Source of the DNA: Kudoa neothunni
Lineage: Eukaryota > Animalia > Cnidaria
Length of the DNA: 64,000 nucleotides
Direction: 5' to 3'
Assembly: GCA_964304625.1 (NCBI GenBank)
Contig: OZ199840.1
Location: forward strand, 5,383,200 to 5,447,199
The translations under genes and the position numbers were made by a program. Positions within the stretch are counted from its first letter, which is position 1; every line of letters begins with the position of its first letter. Under the pieces are notes generated by a model. That model saw only the letters and a list, made by a program, of their open reading frames with translations, ran no database searches and was not told where the DNA came from. Positions 13,822-27,551 of the stretch are shown here, in pieces.

Positions 13822-14665
13822 ATGAAATACATAATTTTTATTATTACCATATTTTGCTGTAATTTCAACAATTAAAATTTTCTATAAGTATTATAGATAT
13901 AATCAATTTTAAAAATGTTGTTAAAGGATGCTACGTGAGTTATTTTATATTTTATTTAATAAATATAATCACATTCCATAGTTCAAAGTAAGGTACGACG
14001 CGTTTACTGATCTAGGAGAAATTTTAAATGAAATGTATTCGAACGAATTATTTCGACATGATGAAAGAGCAGTATTTATTTTTAACTTTTTTAAAATATA
14101 TATTATCTAGAAAGAAATAATAGAAAACGCATTTATCAATTTCGATGCGTTTGTTAATAAATTCCCTATCAAGTCAGAAATTTGCGGTAAATACGCATGG
14201 TGTATTAACGATATCCGTATAAAAAATTATTCACAAAAATAAATAATTGTTTATCGTAGTGTTAACTTGGATTCATAAAAACACTTGTTTACCTTGCATT
14301 GTAACTATTTATGAAACAATAAGATTCTAATAACATTTTAGTTGGTCTTATATCTTAATTATATTAGCGTCACTGTAGATCCAAACCAAGTCACCCCTTA
14401 TGTATGCTGCTGAGTTGATGTTTAAATCTTATAAAAATTATTTTTGGACCATATATATATTTTGTGATCTATTTGTAATAATTTTAGATAGAATTGCAAC
14501 TTCATCAAGCTTCGAAAACCATATGTGAAATTGCAAATTATTGCGTAGAACCGGAAGTGTATTCTTCAAGGAGTATATAAGATTTGGATCATTTTAACAT
14601 TACTACTATATAAGAATATTGTGAAATTTTATTTTTTTATAATAGATTTTACTCAATATTCATGA
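13822..14665 (+). CDS. Secreted 6-Cys family protein, gene 3; 8 exons, 158 aa (short tail)
   Basis: MKYIIFIITIFCYIINFKNVVKGCY/FKVRYDAFTDLGEILNEMYSNELFRHDERA/KEIIENAFINFDAFVNKFPIKSEICGKYAWCINDI/LLTWIHKNTCLPCI/LVLYLNYISVTVDPNQVTPY/IELQLHQASKTICEIANYCVEPEVYSSR/NFTQYS*. All introns GT-AG at family positions. Confidence 0.85.
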
Positions 14666-17659
14666 GTTAAAAGTCTTCTAATGAAATAATAAAGAAAACT
14701 CGTTTTACTATATTTCAATTACCAAACGATAAAGAAGCTAATTGTCAATAAATGAAATCTGATTCCATTGTCTTCTTGAACGAAATTATATCAAACTACA
14801 TTAGTTACAAAAAATTTTATATTTTCATATCTGTTTTAATTTTGATTTTTCTTCAAAAAAACATTAAGTTTAAAAATAATGAATTTTTAATTAATGCGGT
14901 ATAATAAATAATAATTGCACCATTAGAAATTTTATTGGAATTACATATTATCTAGGGGTTAAAAACGTGTTTTGCATTTTAAGTACGTTAGAGGAAACCA
15001 GAGTCATAACCTGAACTAGAAAAAACGAGCATGGCACATGATACGTATGGACAACCTTATAATTTTGGTTTTGTGACATCTAGAATAATAGAGGACAAGG
15101 TGTGTGACGATTAATTTGTCAAATGTAATTAGTAAACACATTTAATATACCTAAATCTATTTATTGGTTTATTTAATTTAAATATACAATATATTAAATT
15201 TCTTGTTGTTAGAATTCTTAATTATTATTTTGAATAAACATATATTTCGCCAATTTATTAAGTTTTGTATTATATATTTTTCTAAAATTATAAAGTAGTA
15301 TTTAATCATTAATTAATTATTATAAAACAAACAATTAACTTTAAAACGTTCTCAAAATTTTTGTTGAGATAAATATGTATATTTTTAAGCATTATAATTA
15401 ATACAACGTAATATTAATTATATGCTAAATATTGATAGTTTTTATACTAAAAATTAATACAGTAGGTAATAGATATTCCGTAATTTTATTTTTTTTTCTC
15501 ATATATGAAATATTCGAGTCGAAACAATTTTTTTAAGATAAAGAAGTTCATTTTATGTAATTAAAATTAAAAATTAAAAAGAAAATTTATTTATAAACCT
15601 GTTTTTAAAGAATAGGGATTATCAATTTTACGTAACTTTTCGACCCCAACCATAATTTTCACAATCTTTTGTTTTAATTAATCACACCCTCATTACTGTT
15701 GCAAATCGTTTATACATGAAAAGTTTTTAATTTTTCACCTTATAAAATCTGCGAAGGAAAGATAAATCTTACTAATTTAGTGGTTTTGATCTCGAACCTG
15801 TTTTTGCTTAGAAAACTCCTGAAACAGTAATGTTGAATTGATTTCCTTACGTAAAATAATTTTTTAATTACTCAAAGGAATCATTATAGTCTAAAAAACG
15901 ATTTATTATAGATGATTTAATGTGTACCAATGTTAATAGAATTCATCCACAAAAAATTTATTAGTTTTAGAAGACTTTATGGTCATTGATCGTGACAAAA
16001 TTTAAAATAAAAAATTTTCTAGGATGGACATTTATGAACTCAAAACTGTTACCATAACTAGTTGAACTGATTGTATGCTATTGCTACAAGATTTTCTACC
16101 GATCTTTTTTATAAAATTTATATATAATAATATTAATTATATATAAATTATCAAATGTAAGCTTTGATTTACGTCTGAAATACAATTCACATCTAGAAAA
16201 GATATCTAAAATGATTTGTGATCTAGTTTTATACGCCCATTCCTAGATGTTATTCAGATCGTGATTTGATTTGTCATCAAACGAATTAACGATTTTATGA
16301 CTAAATTAAAAATTTATCTATTTAATTTGAATAAAATAATAAATCAATAATGATGATGAAACATTCAAATATATCCAATTTGTTTAAATAAAAATTTATG
16401 TCTCTGTATTTAAAATTTTTACATCTAAACTAGATTATATAACGTCTTTAAAGTATTTTTCAAAAAACTCATCAATTTAACTACTATCTCTCAATAAACG
16501 AATAATTTATTTTTCAAAGTCAAACTACATAAGTAATTCGGTTAAAAACATATTATTGGAAACGATAGCGGTCGAAATACATAGCCACCAGCTTCTCTTC
16601 AAGTTATGTTAAAAAGATAAAATCCTCCTAAAAATTAACAATTTTGAACTTTATTAAATTACTCCAATATAAAATATTTTTAAATGTATATGCACACGTT
16701 AAAAAAGTACGTAAAATCAGTCGGTGATTCATTTGCAGTAACTTTCCGGTGGCCCCAATGAGATTACGGAAAATTTACTACTTACTGTATAGTTAATTTT
16801 TTGGAGTGTTGTATTTAGTATATACCAAATAGTTACTACTTTGTTAATATTAATGAAAATTTTCAAGACCATTACTCCAAATCGGCACTTTCCGATTCAT
16901 TTTAGTTCTCTCACACATTACCACATATGAAGATACCTTTACACCCCATCACAAAAAAGAGATTTAATAATTAATTTAATTTTCGACGGGAGAAATATTA
17001 ATACTAAATTACATACAAAAGAAAACAGATGTGGATAAAATAAATGCGACTGATAATAAATTAAACGTTTTGACTTTTTTCGTGCCTTTTTTGGACAATA
17101 ATTAAGTTAAATGGTACTCTTTACCAGTTAAACATGTAAATAAATCATCATCTGCGGGTGAACTAGATATGTTAGTATTTTAATGAAAAATATAACCTAC
17201 GACTAAATGCGCTTGAGCCTAATTTTGCATTTTGTAGGGGTTTTTTTTATTATTAATTTAAAAGTTAAATGTGGAAAAAAAACACGTGAACGTATCCCGA
17301 ATGGAAAGTTTTAATTTATGTAATGTTTAGACATAATTATTTTATTTCGAATCATAAATATTTAAACTACTATAAAATAAGAATAAATTTCTTTATCATG
17401 ACGCTTATGAAAGTTTAGTTTCGACTTGTCTTGTAGTTTACTTAAATTACAATATAAATAATTTGACCTACTCCAAACCGCTTAAAGAATCATTAATATT
17501 TACCGTTAAAATTAAAATATTTCATAATTTTCTTTGTTGAGATATTTAAGATTTGACAAAATAATTTATTTTTGAACATAAAATATTTGATTGAAATAAA
17601 ATTAATTTTCAGAAAAATTCGTCAAGTGACTTATTATTTCTCAGATTTATTTCAGCTTC

Positions 17660-17793
17660 CATTGCGCACGAATCGCACATGATATATATTCGAGAGAGAT
17701 TCTAATAACACGGAATCGGTACATTATGTACGAAGCAGGCACGGACGTAAAATATGTTCGTTGACTCAGGAGACCCCCAATCTAAAAGCCCTG
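17660..17793. mobile_element. Orphan hAT-like terminus
   Basis: GC-richer tract ending ...GACCCCCAATCTAAAAGCCCTG (reverse complement CAGGGC...), followed by the 8-mer CTTTAGAT with a central TA. Partner end not found. Confidence 0.25.
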
Positions 17794-19302
17794 CTTTAGA
17801 TATTTAAATAACAATATTATTATTATTATAATATAATGAGTTTTTATACTTAATATTTTTACTACCGTGGTTTTTATGTCATTAGTATTCTCTAAATATT
17901 TCTTTAATATATAACAAATTTATTTTTATTTCAATATAAATTTTTATTTGAAACAGTATTATTATACTAATTCAAGTAATAATATAGGATTAATTTAATG
18001 ATTAAATATTATTTACTGTTTTATTGAGAAGATAAAATAATATTAATATTCCTTTTCGCATAAGCGCTCATGTAATTAAATCCCATGATGTTAATATCTT
18101 TCTTTATGTACAAATCATTAATCTGATTTTCAATTTTATTAACAATTCATATATTATAAAATAAATATTAATATTTTTTAATAAATATTAATATGGGTGA
18201 TTAAATGCAACAAAATATTCGCATACATAGAAGCCTTATTCCATCTTATAATAATTATTGTGAAATTTAAAATAGGTTCAACCCTTATAGGATAAGATTC
18301 GGCTCCACACGCCATTTTTATATTATTTTGTTTATACATATTATATTTTGTGTATATTCGCCAGAATTTCATCTATATTTTAAAAAAATGCTTTATATAT
18401 CGACCGAATCAATATAATAAGGTAAAGGTTTACGAAATTACACAAAATATACCAGGTTTTACGACCAAATAGTAGGAAGGTGGACGCGCAAATCCAAGGT
18501 TAAACGTTTAGAGTTAATAGTAGGTCTCACTGTACTCAAATCCTTTATATATATAAAATTTGTATTTGTTTGTAATTTCACATACAATTTATTAACAACA
18601 TTTAAAATAAAATAATATCTCATAACTTTAATCATCGTTAACATTAAATGCGATACATTCAACATTGTATTTTAAGAAAATATTGTAAAAAATATAAATT
18701 ATTATTAAACAGTTATAATGAAAATGTGATGAATTCCTCTTTTAAAATCTATTATTATGATAAATATTCAATTTTAATTTATTTTTCAAAATATTTACTC
18801 GAAAAAAAAATCTAAAATAATATTTCTCGACAAACATAAATCGCCGAGATCAATTAACTTAATATCATTGATAAATTTCCCACTATGAGTTAATATTATA
18901 TAGAAAAGGTTATTTTGAATCGGAGAATTATACAATTATATTCAAAACTCCTATATTACTATTTATAATCAACTATTTCACCAATAACGACTAAGAAGAA
19001 TCAAAAATGTGATGTATAACTAACAGAGAGTCTTTATTTATTATTGTAATGTGACCGATAGAACATAAACCCATTTTATGAGGAGAATTCAAATAAACGG
19101 AAGAATCATCCATAAGAAATACAACGTATAGATATAAAAAATAATAATTCATTTATTTTTACTCTATTTGTGATCTTTAATCGTATTATATTATTATTGA
19201 TGTGAATATTTGGGATTAATCTACACTTTTATAATCACAAGTCGGGAATATTTACAATAAATAGTAAAAAAATATAATTTCTCATATTAAACAAAATTAA
19301 TA

Positions 19303-19878
19303 TAGTCAAAATTCGATGACCCTGAAAATTTGGGACCGGCGATGTCCTTTCCTGATAGTAAGGTACCGGTTCATCAAATATAAACAATGTCTTGTGGGCT
19401 CGCGTTTTTTAAATTTCTACTTAAAGGATGGTATATTTAATTAATAAATAATTTTTTACAATTTATTAAGTAAAATATTTTAACTTTTATCACATAAATT
19501 TAAAACGGTTACACATCTATTAACTAAGAAAATGTAAACTTAAAGGAAAAATAGTACATAATTTTGGCAATTTTAACACGTCTGCATAGGAGTAATCTGC
19601 TTTTTTTAATAATCGGCCATTAACGTTTGTTTAATATACATAAAGGTATACGTTCAGATATATTACAAATTTATACAAGAACTGGATGCTAAACTATGTC
19701 TAAAAAGAAAAATGTATTAGTAACTAACCTAGAAATTCATTTATATTAGATATTGTATGGTATATATGTTACATTGTATATGTCGTAAGGTGATAGGTGC
19801 TATTTTCATCCGGAAATCGAATTATATAGTTCTTCCGGTTTCCGATTACCCGGGTTACGGACAATCGATGTTCGACTG
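19303..19878. mobile_element. pogo/Tigger-like MITE
   Basis: TA on both flanks. Left TAGTCAAAATTCGATGACCC versus right reverse complement CAGTCGAACATCGATTGTCC. Confidence 0.55.
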
Positions 19879-21117
19879 TAACAAGTTCATTTATAAATGG
19901 ATAAAAAACTTTTTTCTGTATTTTTAATGGAAGAATTTGTCTATATATTCATACAAAACAAGTACTTCAACCTTATTCGTTATTGATATGTAAGTTGATC
20001 TGATAGTTATATTATTGACTAGATTTTAATGAATTAAATAATTTTGAAGGGGGAAATTAAAAATTATCGTCCGAATTTCAATAAGTGATATTTTTTTCAT
20101 CACGATAAATAAATAAATGAAAATAATTTATTGAAAATTTAAATATCAATCTTATTAATTCATATTTTTGTAACATTCAATACATTATTATATTGTTAGT
20201 GTGCAGACCATAAAAAATATTTTTTGGCGAAAACACATTGGAGCTTTGATAAGCGACTCATTATCAAAATTTACTTCCAATTTCGTTGGAATCTTAAAAT
20301 TTGAAGATACTACTTATTGTTTCCTAAAGGTAGGGAATTTGGGCGTTTATGAATAACTCTACGTGTCATTAAGTGTTTTATACTTAACTTTTCGAATTAA
20401 ATTTTAGGATAGAAAATATTATTTTCCAATAGAGTAAATTTTTGTATAATCTAAATATATGTAAAAAAAATTATTTTTTATGTCCAGCCTCGGACGCTTT
20501 AATTTACTAAATACGATTCGTTGTGTATCATGTAATCTTTATCCAACAACTGACTTATGTTATTGTGGGTATTATATTATGCTTAGATTTTTCAAAATTT
20601 TATAAATTAAATCTTATCATGAAAGACACAATAACATAATTATATAATGACTCAAAGACCTCTAAATTATAACTAAGTGCAATTCTTTAATATTACCAAT
20701 AAACTGCCTAGATAGACAATATAAGGTTCATCAGATGTCGGGTGAAGGTTGGCTATTCTGAGTTTTTATCTAATTATAATATAGGTATATATTATTTTAT
20801 ACTTTTTACAAAAAAAGGAACATTTTAAATATCAATTTATATACATTATTTTTAAATATATTTAGTTTAATTGCAATATTTTTTTAAAATCAATTCAACG
20901 ATGACTATATCCGATAATTAATACATATGTTAAAATGATATTATTCTTAAATAATAAAGGGTTTATTATTAATGAGAATGCAATACTATTATTATTAACG
21001 ATAATACAGATACTAGATTCTTGTTGTTTGTTTGCCGAAATAAGGATATAGATTTTTGTTTATAAATAAAAATATCGATAAATATTTGGATAATAAGTCA
21101 AACTTATATTATTTCAA

Positions 21118-22014
21118 ATGTCTTTCATATTTATATGTCTATTATGTAAATTTTAATTATTCAATATTATTATAAGTAAATATAGATTTAATAGAAATAA
21201 AGAACACTTATGAAGGTCGTAACGTAATCTTATGTTATATTCCTATGTACTTTGAAAAAAATCATTATTTTTAGTTTTTACTGCATAAACCAGCACACGA
21301 TATGTTGGTTTATAAGTTAACCCAACTCTATAATGATGAATTATTCAAATATGATCACGAAGCAGTAATAATGGAATAAACGCATTTAATTAAATAACTT
21401 TCAGAGAAGTGTTATTCTTGATGCAATTGTAAATATAAACGGATTTGTTAAAAGATATCCAATAGAAAACGAAATTTGTGTTAAGTTTGCTATGTGCATT
21501 GGTGATAATAGTATGCTAGTATTTATATAAATATTATAACGTTGGGTAGTTTATGCTTGGTTTCATAAATTCACTTGTTTTCCATGCATTGTAATGCATA
21601 ATTTTTAAATCATTTCTTACACGATATAGCTGGTCTTATATCTTAATTTTATAAGAATTACTGAAAATAATGCTCATTTGGATGAATACGTATGTTATAT
21701 TATTCTCTCCATTTTACACAAATTGTGTTTTATATAGAATGGATTCTTATTACATATTGCTTCGAGAGGAATATGCGAAGTGGCCAAATATTGTGAAGCG
21801 AATCAGTTGCGCTCTGGAACATGTAGAAAATTTTAGCATTTGAATCCATTAACGTATTTATCGATCGTAATGTTCCATAAACTTTTTAGTAACTACGCAA
21901 TATGGATTTCATAAAGGATACAATAATTTTAAATATATGCTTCAACGCAACAACGAATCAAAAATTTTGACGTCGGATGAATCAAATAATAGAAAGGACC
22001 CTGACAAAAAATAG
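21118..22014 (+). CDS. Secreted 6-Cys family protein, gene 4; 8 exons, 190 aa
   Basis: MSFIFICLLYLIEIKNTYEGRN/FLLHKPAHDMLVYKLTQLYNDELFKYDHEA/RSVILDAIVNINGFVKRYPIENEICVKFAMCIGDN/IYAWFHKFTCFPCI/LVLYLNFIRITENNAHLDEY/NGFLLHIASRGICEVAKYCEANQLRSGT/LTTQYGFHKGYNNFKYMLQRNNESKILTSDESNNRKDPDKK*. TATAAATA at 21061. Confidence 0.88.
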
Positions 22015-22747
22015 AAAGAAAAATAATGATTTCGTTATCAAAACAAGAAAGTTATTACGATAATACAATTAATTTACATTGGTCTAATTACAAAATAATT
22101 TTCAGCTTTATTTTTAATTTTCAAACATATTCATATTTTATATATTTAGTTACTTATTAGATTTGTTGAATCTAGCTGACTTAAAATATGGATTTTTGTG
22201 GTTATGAATCCAACTTAATATTTTTCTATTAATTTTCCGCAAATATTGACAGATTATTTTAAAAAATAGAATTAGGAATAAATCCAATAATTAAACTCTA
22301 TTAAATGTTGAGTTTAATATATATATATATATATATTTCTTGTGTGTAATAGCTCAGTAGTCAGGTTAAACGTGAATACTATTTAAACATTGCAATGATA
22401 AATAATTAGATTTGAATTTTCATTTATCAAAAATTAATAATTTTCAAATCTAGGTGATGAATATAAACATCAATACTAAACTAGCATTACATATACAAGT
22501 TGTTCGTAAATGACTTAATTTTCCATTTAAACAAAAAATGAAAGAAAATATTCGACAGATTCATTAATTTCAAATAATAGTTTCATTACTCACACTTCAA
22601 AATATATATTTTTGAATTTTAATATAAAAAATGAAACATTAACATACTAATTAACTAATTGTTAATAAATTTACGACCGCGCTTGAAATTATTTTATTTT
22701 TAAATATAGATTAAAATTATATCATTTCATATTTGTTTCATATTTAA

Positions 22748-25000
22748 ACCTCTAAGAACTCATTAGTTTTCATACGTCAAGTCTTTTCGGGGTATAAATA
22801 AACTAAATTTTTTTCCGAACAAAATTAATAATAATAAAAAAATTATTATGAAAAAATTTTAGATAATTCTATCGAATAAATTTTGTGTCATTAGCCATGA
22901 TCTGATTAAAATTGTTATTTGCACGTGTACAAAAATTTTAAGATGTCTTTTTTGACACATATTTTGATTATTCACTAAATTTATGCCCTTATTTCTTTGT
23001 CAAACTAGGCCATTGTTACAGATAAATAATCAAAGCTCCTATATATTAAAAACACATGTAAAGTACTCTTAAACAACAAGAAAATCGAATGGTAATGATT
23101 CAAACATATAGTACAAATACATTTTGATTGGAGCTTACAACAAGGAGAAGAACAGATATCACATTTAACTGCTGTTTTTCTGTCTCTTTTTCTTATACAA
23201 AATCGACATCTGAAATAATTGTTGTTAATTAATAAATCTCTTGATGTATTTAACTTGTTAATTGGAATCAGGTTTTGGTTATTTTTTTAAACTAATGGAC
23301 CAGCTGATTATTTAACCAGAATTTTTTTGAAATCCCTCCTCGAAAGATTTTTCGAATTAAATACGTTTTTGTAAATACAGAAAGCGTTGATAAAAGAAAT
23401 ATCCAAGATATTAAAAAAAACGACGAGTGGTCGGAGACGTGATTCTGTTCACACTCACTGGTGCGGACAATGTAGAAATCTTATTAAACCCACCTTATAT
23501 AGCGATATAATAAACTATAACGTCAGGTTTATGTGGTTGTTCTGTGGTTGTGTGAACGTTGGTCGTCGAAGAATAATGCATACAGACTAGTTTATTTTTG
23601 CGCGGCAGGTATCTTAATATCATTTTTTTTGTTGTGAAAAACAAAGGGGGAAGATTTACTTGTGTGATTTTTTAGGTCGAAATAAGGAAGGATTTCCTTT
23701 TAAGTTGAGCGCATCGTCCTAACTACCGCAATTCTTTTCTCGATTAAATCGTCGGTCAGCTCGACGGAGGTAAAAAAATTGTCACACACTAAGTTCCTCT
23801 CCGAACCATAACTCAGTTCTAATAGTTGTAATACAATATTTTTACCAACTTTAAATGCTCTAACAGCTTCATTATGTCGTTCCTCCAAATACGCACATAT
23901 TTTAGATATTTTGATTGATTCAGAATTGACCAATAAAATAAACTTGATTACGTATTTTGCTGTGTTGGACGGCATATACTTCTTGAATTTACAGTCACCT
24001 CTTAAAGTAACAAGTTGCTCATCGATAAAGAGATCATCTAAAGGACAAAACCTTCGGATGAGTAAATTATCCGAAGTATACCATATTTCGTGGTTATGGC
24101 AAAATTTATCGGTTTCCATTTCGTCGAAATGGAGAGGTCGCATTATTTGCTTGAATCGATTCAAATTAAATAAATCGTGGTATATCTCCCTCCTTTAATC
24201 TGGGCTAAATAGTTCCGAAATAGGTTCTTGATTATCCCAACGAACGCCTATCAACATAAGATATCGGATAGAGCCATCCAATTCTATTTGGTCTAACTCT
24301 GTCCAAACATTTTCAAAAAAGCGTTCTACGCATTGATTGGTGTATTTCGAAACAATTTCATACATTTCTTCGTTAAAAAAATACTCAAAACGAATCGGTT
24401 GCATTATTTACATTTTGAGATATCCAAGGAGAAACACCGACGCGATTATATATTGTGTTTTCAGCTGTTTTTCTAATGGGTAAGGGAGGTTCAGTCTCCC
24501 ATAAAGTTACATTTTAACCCTAAAATGAATTTTTCTAGATATTTGAATCAACATCGTAACCATCTGATGAAATATCATCCGTAAGAAAATAATCGTTGTC
24601 TGAAGAATCAGTATAAGAGCAGCTCCCATTATAATCGCTCAGACTCAATCGAAAGAAAACTGTTCCGTGCAAGCGTGTCAATAAATAAAAGAGATTTTTT
24701 GTTGATTTACTCGAAATTCTTTCAATAACAATTTCTCAAAACTTGCGAAAAGGTATATTTTAACATTTTATATAGTATTGTTAAGAAATATGGTATATAT
24801 CAATAACCAATTTTCGTGTAGGGTATAATAAAACTAATTTTTTCCCTAATTATAAAAAAGTTAATTTAAATTGTATTAGATAAAAAAGTTATATTTTTGG
24901 ATTAGAAAGTCCTGTTGAATAAATCCTGATACTTTATGAGGAAAAAAAATTGAAATCTAAAATCGTTTGAGGTATAAATATAAACCATATTCTTTGAGGG
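22748..25000 (-). mobile_element. piggyBac DNA transposon (decayed), element PB2
   Basis: TTAA at 22744-22747 and 25001-25004. Ends ACCTCTAAG... and ...TTTGAGGG. Repeated GGTATAA(A)TA motif at ~22790, ~24821 and ~24971. Confidence 0.8.
23050..24648 (-). pseudogene. piggyBac transposase pseudogene
   Basis: NRFKQIMRPLHFD, IDEQLVTLRGDCKFKKYMPS, RNLVCDNFFTS and the Cys-rich end RCRFCIRKRDRKTAVKCDIC. Start codon appears mutated (TTG) and there are several frameshifts. Paralogous to PB1 and PB3. Confidence 0.9.
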
Positions 25001-26085
25001 TTAACCTTCTAATGATCATAGAGTCTAATAGATCATTGCCGAAAATTTATCCCTCATAAATCATTTTACTATTGATAAATTCATTTGAATTCTTTCTTTT
25101 CTTTTTATGTTTTTGTAATAATTTGTTATAGAAAAAATAATTTGAAATCCACATCAAATAACACAAAAAAAATAAACTATTAAAGTATTATTCATTAGAT
25201 CGTCTGTAGAATTAATTTTTATGTTAAATCATAGATGTCATTTGTTTATATACGTGCTCTGAAAACAATTAATAATAAAACTTTATACAACAATGACGAA
25301 CATTCTTTAGATATTTAATTATGTGTAAGTTAAATATATAATATTTTATATTTTAAATAGCGAATTTTTAATTTTACTATCCAACCATATTAATCAACGT
25401 ATTATGAATATTTATAATTTTGTTTAAAAATATATTTCAGAGCACGTTACATTTGGAATCAGCGATTCTCAAAAACGACACGTACCTTTATTTTAATGTT
25501 GTAATGATTAGAGAAAAACCAATTACCAAAAATAATTAACGTTTACAAAATAAATTTTATCCCTTTTTAATGAGAAAATTTCTACTTCTTTGGCATTCCA
25601 AGCAGAACTAAGTAAACAAGGCCTCTGATATTTTGAAAACTCCATTTTATTTGTAGAATTCAAGGTGCAAATTCGGATTCGAAACTGCGTTATAAACATT
25701 AAATGCTGTGAAGTAACATAGCTTTCCTCTCGTTCGCAACTATGTGGTTGTTAGATTACGACGCACATAATCCACACGCTACAATGTGTATTTCAAAAGC
25801 ATTTAATTACGTTTTCAACCTAGATATTAAAATAAAACTTTTTACTTATTGTGATGATGACGTCAAATACCATAAAATTTAATTAATATAAAAACATTAG
25901 GTTGATTTGATAAAAAAATATAATTAATTCGGAAATGTAATAATATCATTGAATAATATACACGAATAATAAAGCTAATTAAAATTACCTTATTCGTATA
26001 AATTTACTGAATAGAAGTATTATTGTGCTTCTGATTATAATTCTATTTTCAACATTTGTAGCTTGCTTATTTTGCTTAGTAGAGA

Positions 26086-27551
26086 ATGAGCTTTTCATTT
26101 AATCTAATAATCTTTATTCTATATTGGTCTAAATGTTGGACTGGTAATTAATCTATTTTGATATTCCTTCAATATGCCCAATAGATCCAATATTACCCTC
26201 TTATGAACGAGATGAAGGAGACTGGCCTGTGGGTGAGGTTAAAACCATGGATAATGTCATCGACCGTTGGTTCATTGATATCAACGATGCTAAATGCAAG
26301 CCATTAGAATACAGAGGTATTAAAGGGAATTATAACAATTTTGCATCTAAGGGACTTTGCGAAATGCATGGTATAGTTTAATAAAAAATTAATTATTAAG
26401 ATTATTTTGAGGTAGGTTGACCGAAAGGGAAAAACTCCAAGGATGCAAAAAACCCATGCATCCCGGTCACTGTGTTAAAAATTCAGACACACAAGATTTG
26501 TATTACTTTGATCAAACTACTGCAAAATGTGAAAAGTTCAAATATAATGGATGTGGTGGAAGTTTTAATAGATATAAAAGTCTCGAGGAATGTTATTTGT
26601 ACTGTTTTAGTAATATAATAATTTAAGTATATTTTATTAAAAAATTTACATGTTAGATAAAAAGAATGGAGGCCTCACAAACGCTGATGATTCCCTTATA
26701 AATAAACAAACGGATAAGAAAGATTTTTTGTCACCGAATTATTTGGATTGCACACTAAAACCGGACGTTAAAGATAAAGATCCAAGCACTGCAATTATAG
26801 CTGATGTCGATAACAAAAAATGTGCTTTTGCTGCAGTTTCAATTGATACAAATACTAGAGGAATATTTAGCTCTTTCTTCGAATGTGTCAGCAAATGTTT
26901 TCGTATAATAATTATTTGATATAAGAATTTTAATTTTCTTAGCTTATAAAAGTACAGAACTTTTAACTGACGAAGATTCTGAAAAGAAAAAAAAGGTTGC
27001 CGCTTGTGAAGGAAATCCCTCACAATATCCTCATACCGAAGATGGAAGGGATATAGAAAGATACTATTACGATATCACAACTGATGTATGCAAACGCATG
27101 GTAACTGGTCCTCTTCCAGTAAACGCAGCTGAATTTGAAAAGAGCAAAAATAGCTTTCCTACGATGGAACTGTGCCATAGTTATTGCGGTGCTGGTAATA
27201 ACTTTATATAGTTAAGTGTAAATATTCCATGTTTAAAAAAACAAATAATTATAATTATTAAAATTAAATAAAAACTACATTATAATAAATATAGGGGGCT
27301 ACAAGAAAGAAATAAAGATAGAGGAAACATGCAAAATGGGTAAGGCTGGAAAATATACTACAGGGGAATTTAAAGTAAAAAGATATTATTATAAACATGA
27401 GACAAAGAAATGCCAGGCGTTCGAATACAAAGGATATGATGGGAATTCTAACAATTTTAAAACAGGAGCCGAATGTCAAGTGATTTGTCAGGGGCATTAC
27501 AATGAGGAAACTCCTGTCGAGATCGTAAATGAAATAGAAACTGGTAATTAG
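26086..27551 (+). CDS. Secreted multi-Kunitz/BPTI-domain protein (5 domains), 6 exons, ~398 aa
   Basis: Exons 26086-26143 (signal-like MSFSFNLIIFILYWSKCWT), 26185-26370, 26412-26609, 26657-26902, 26943-27194, 27295-27551; all introns phase 1. Domain 2 is canonical (CKKPMHPGHC...YYFDQTTAKCEKFKYNGCGGSFNRYKSLEECYLYC). The others keep RYYY/RWF, C..F.Y.G..GN.NNF and C...C motifs to varying degrees. The intron 2 acceptor is an unusual GAG. Confidence 0.88.

Noticed and set aside
18282-18517. Tiny piggyBac-like MITE, and a similar weak inverted repeat at ~20200-20495
   Set aside because: Terminal matches are short or mostly A/T and could arise by chance.
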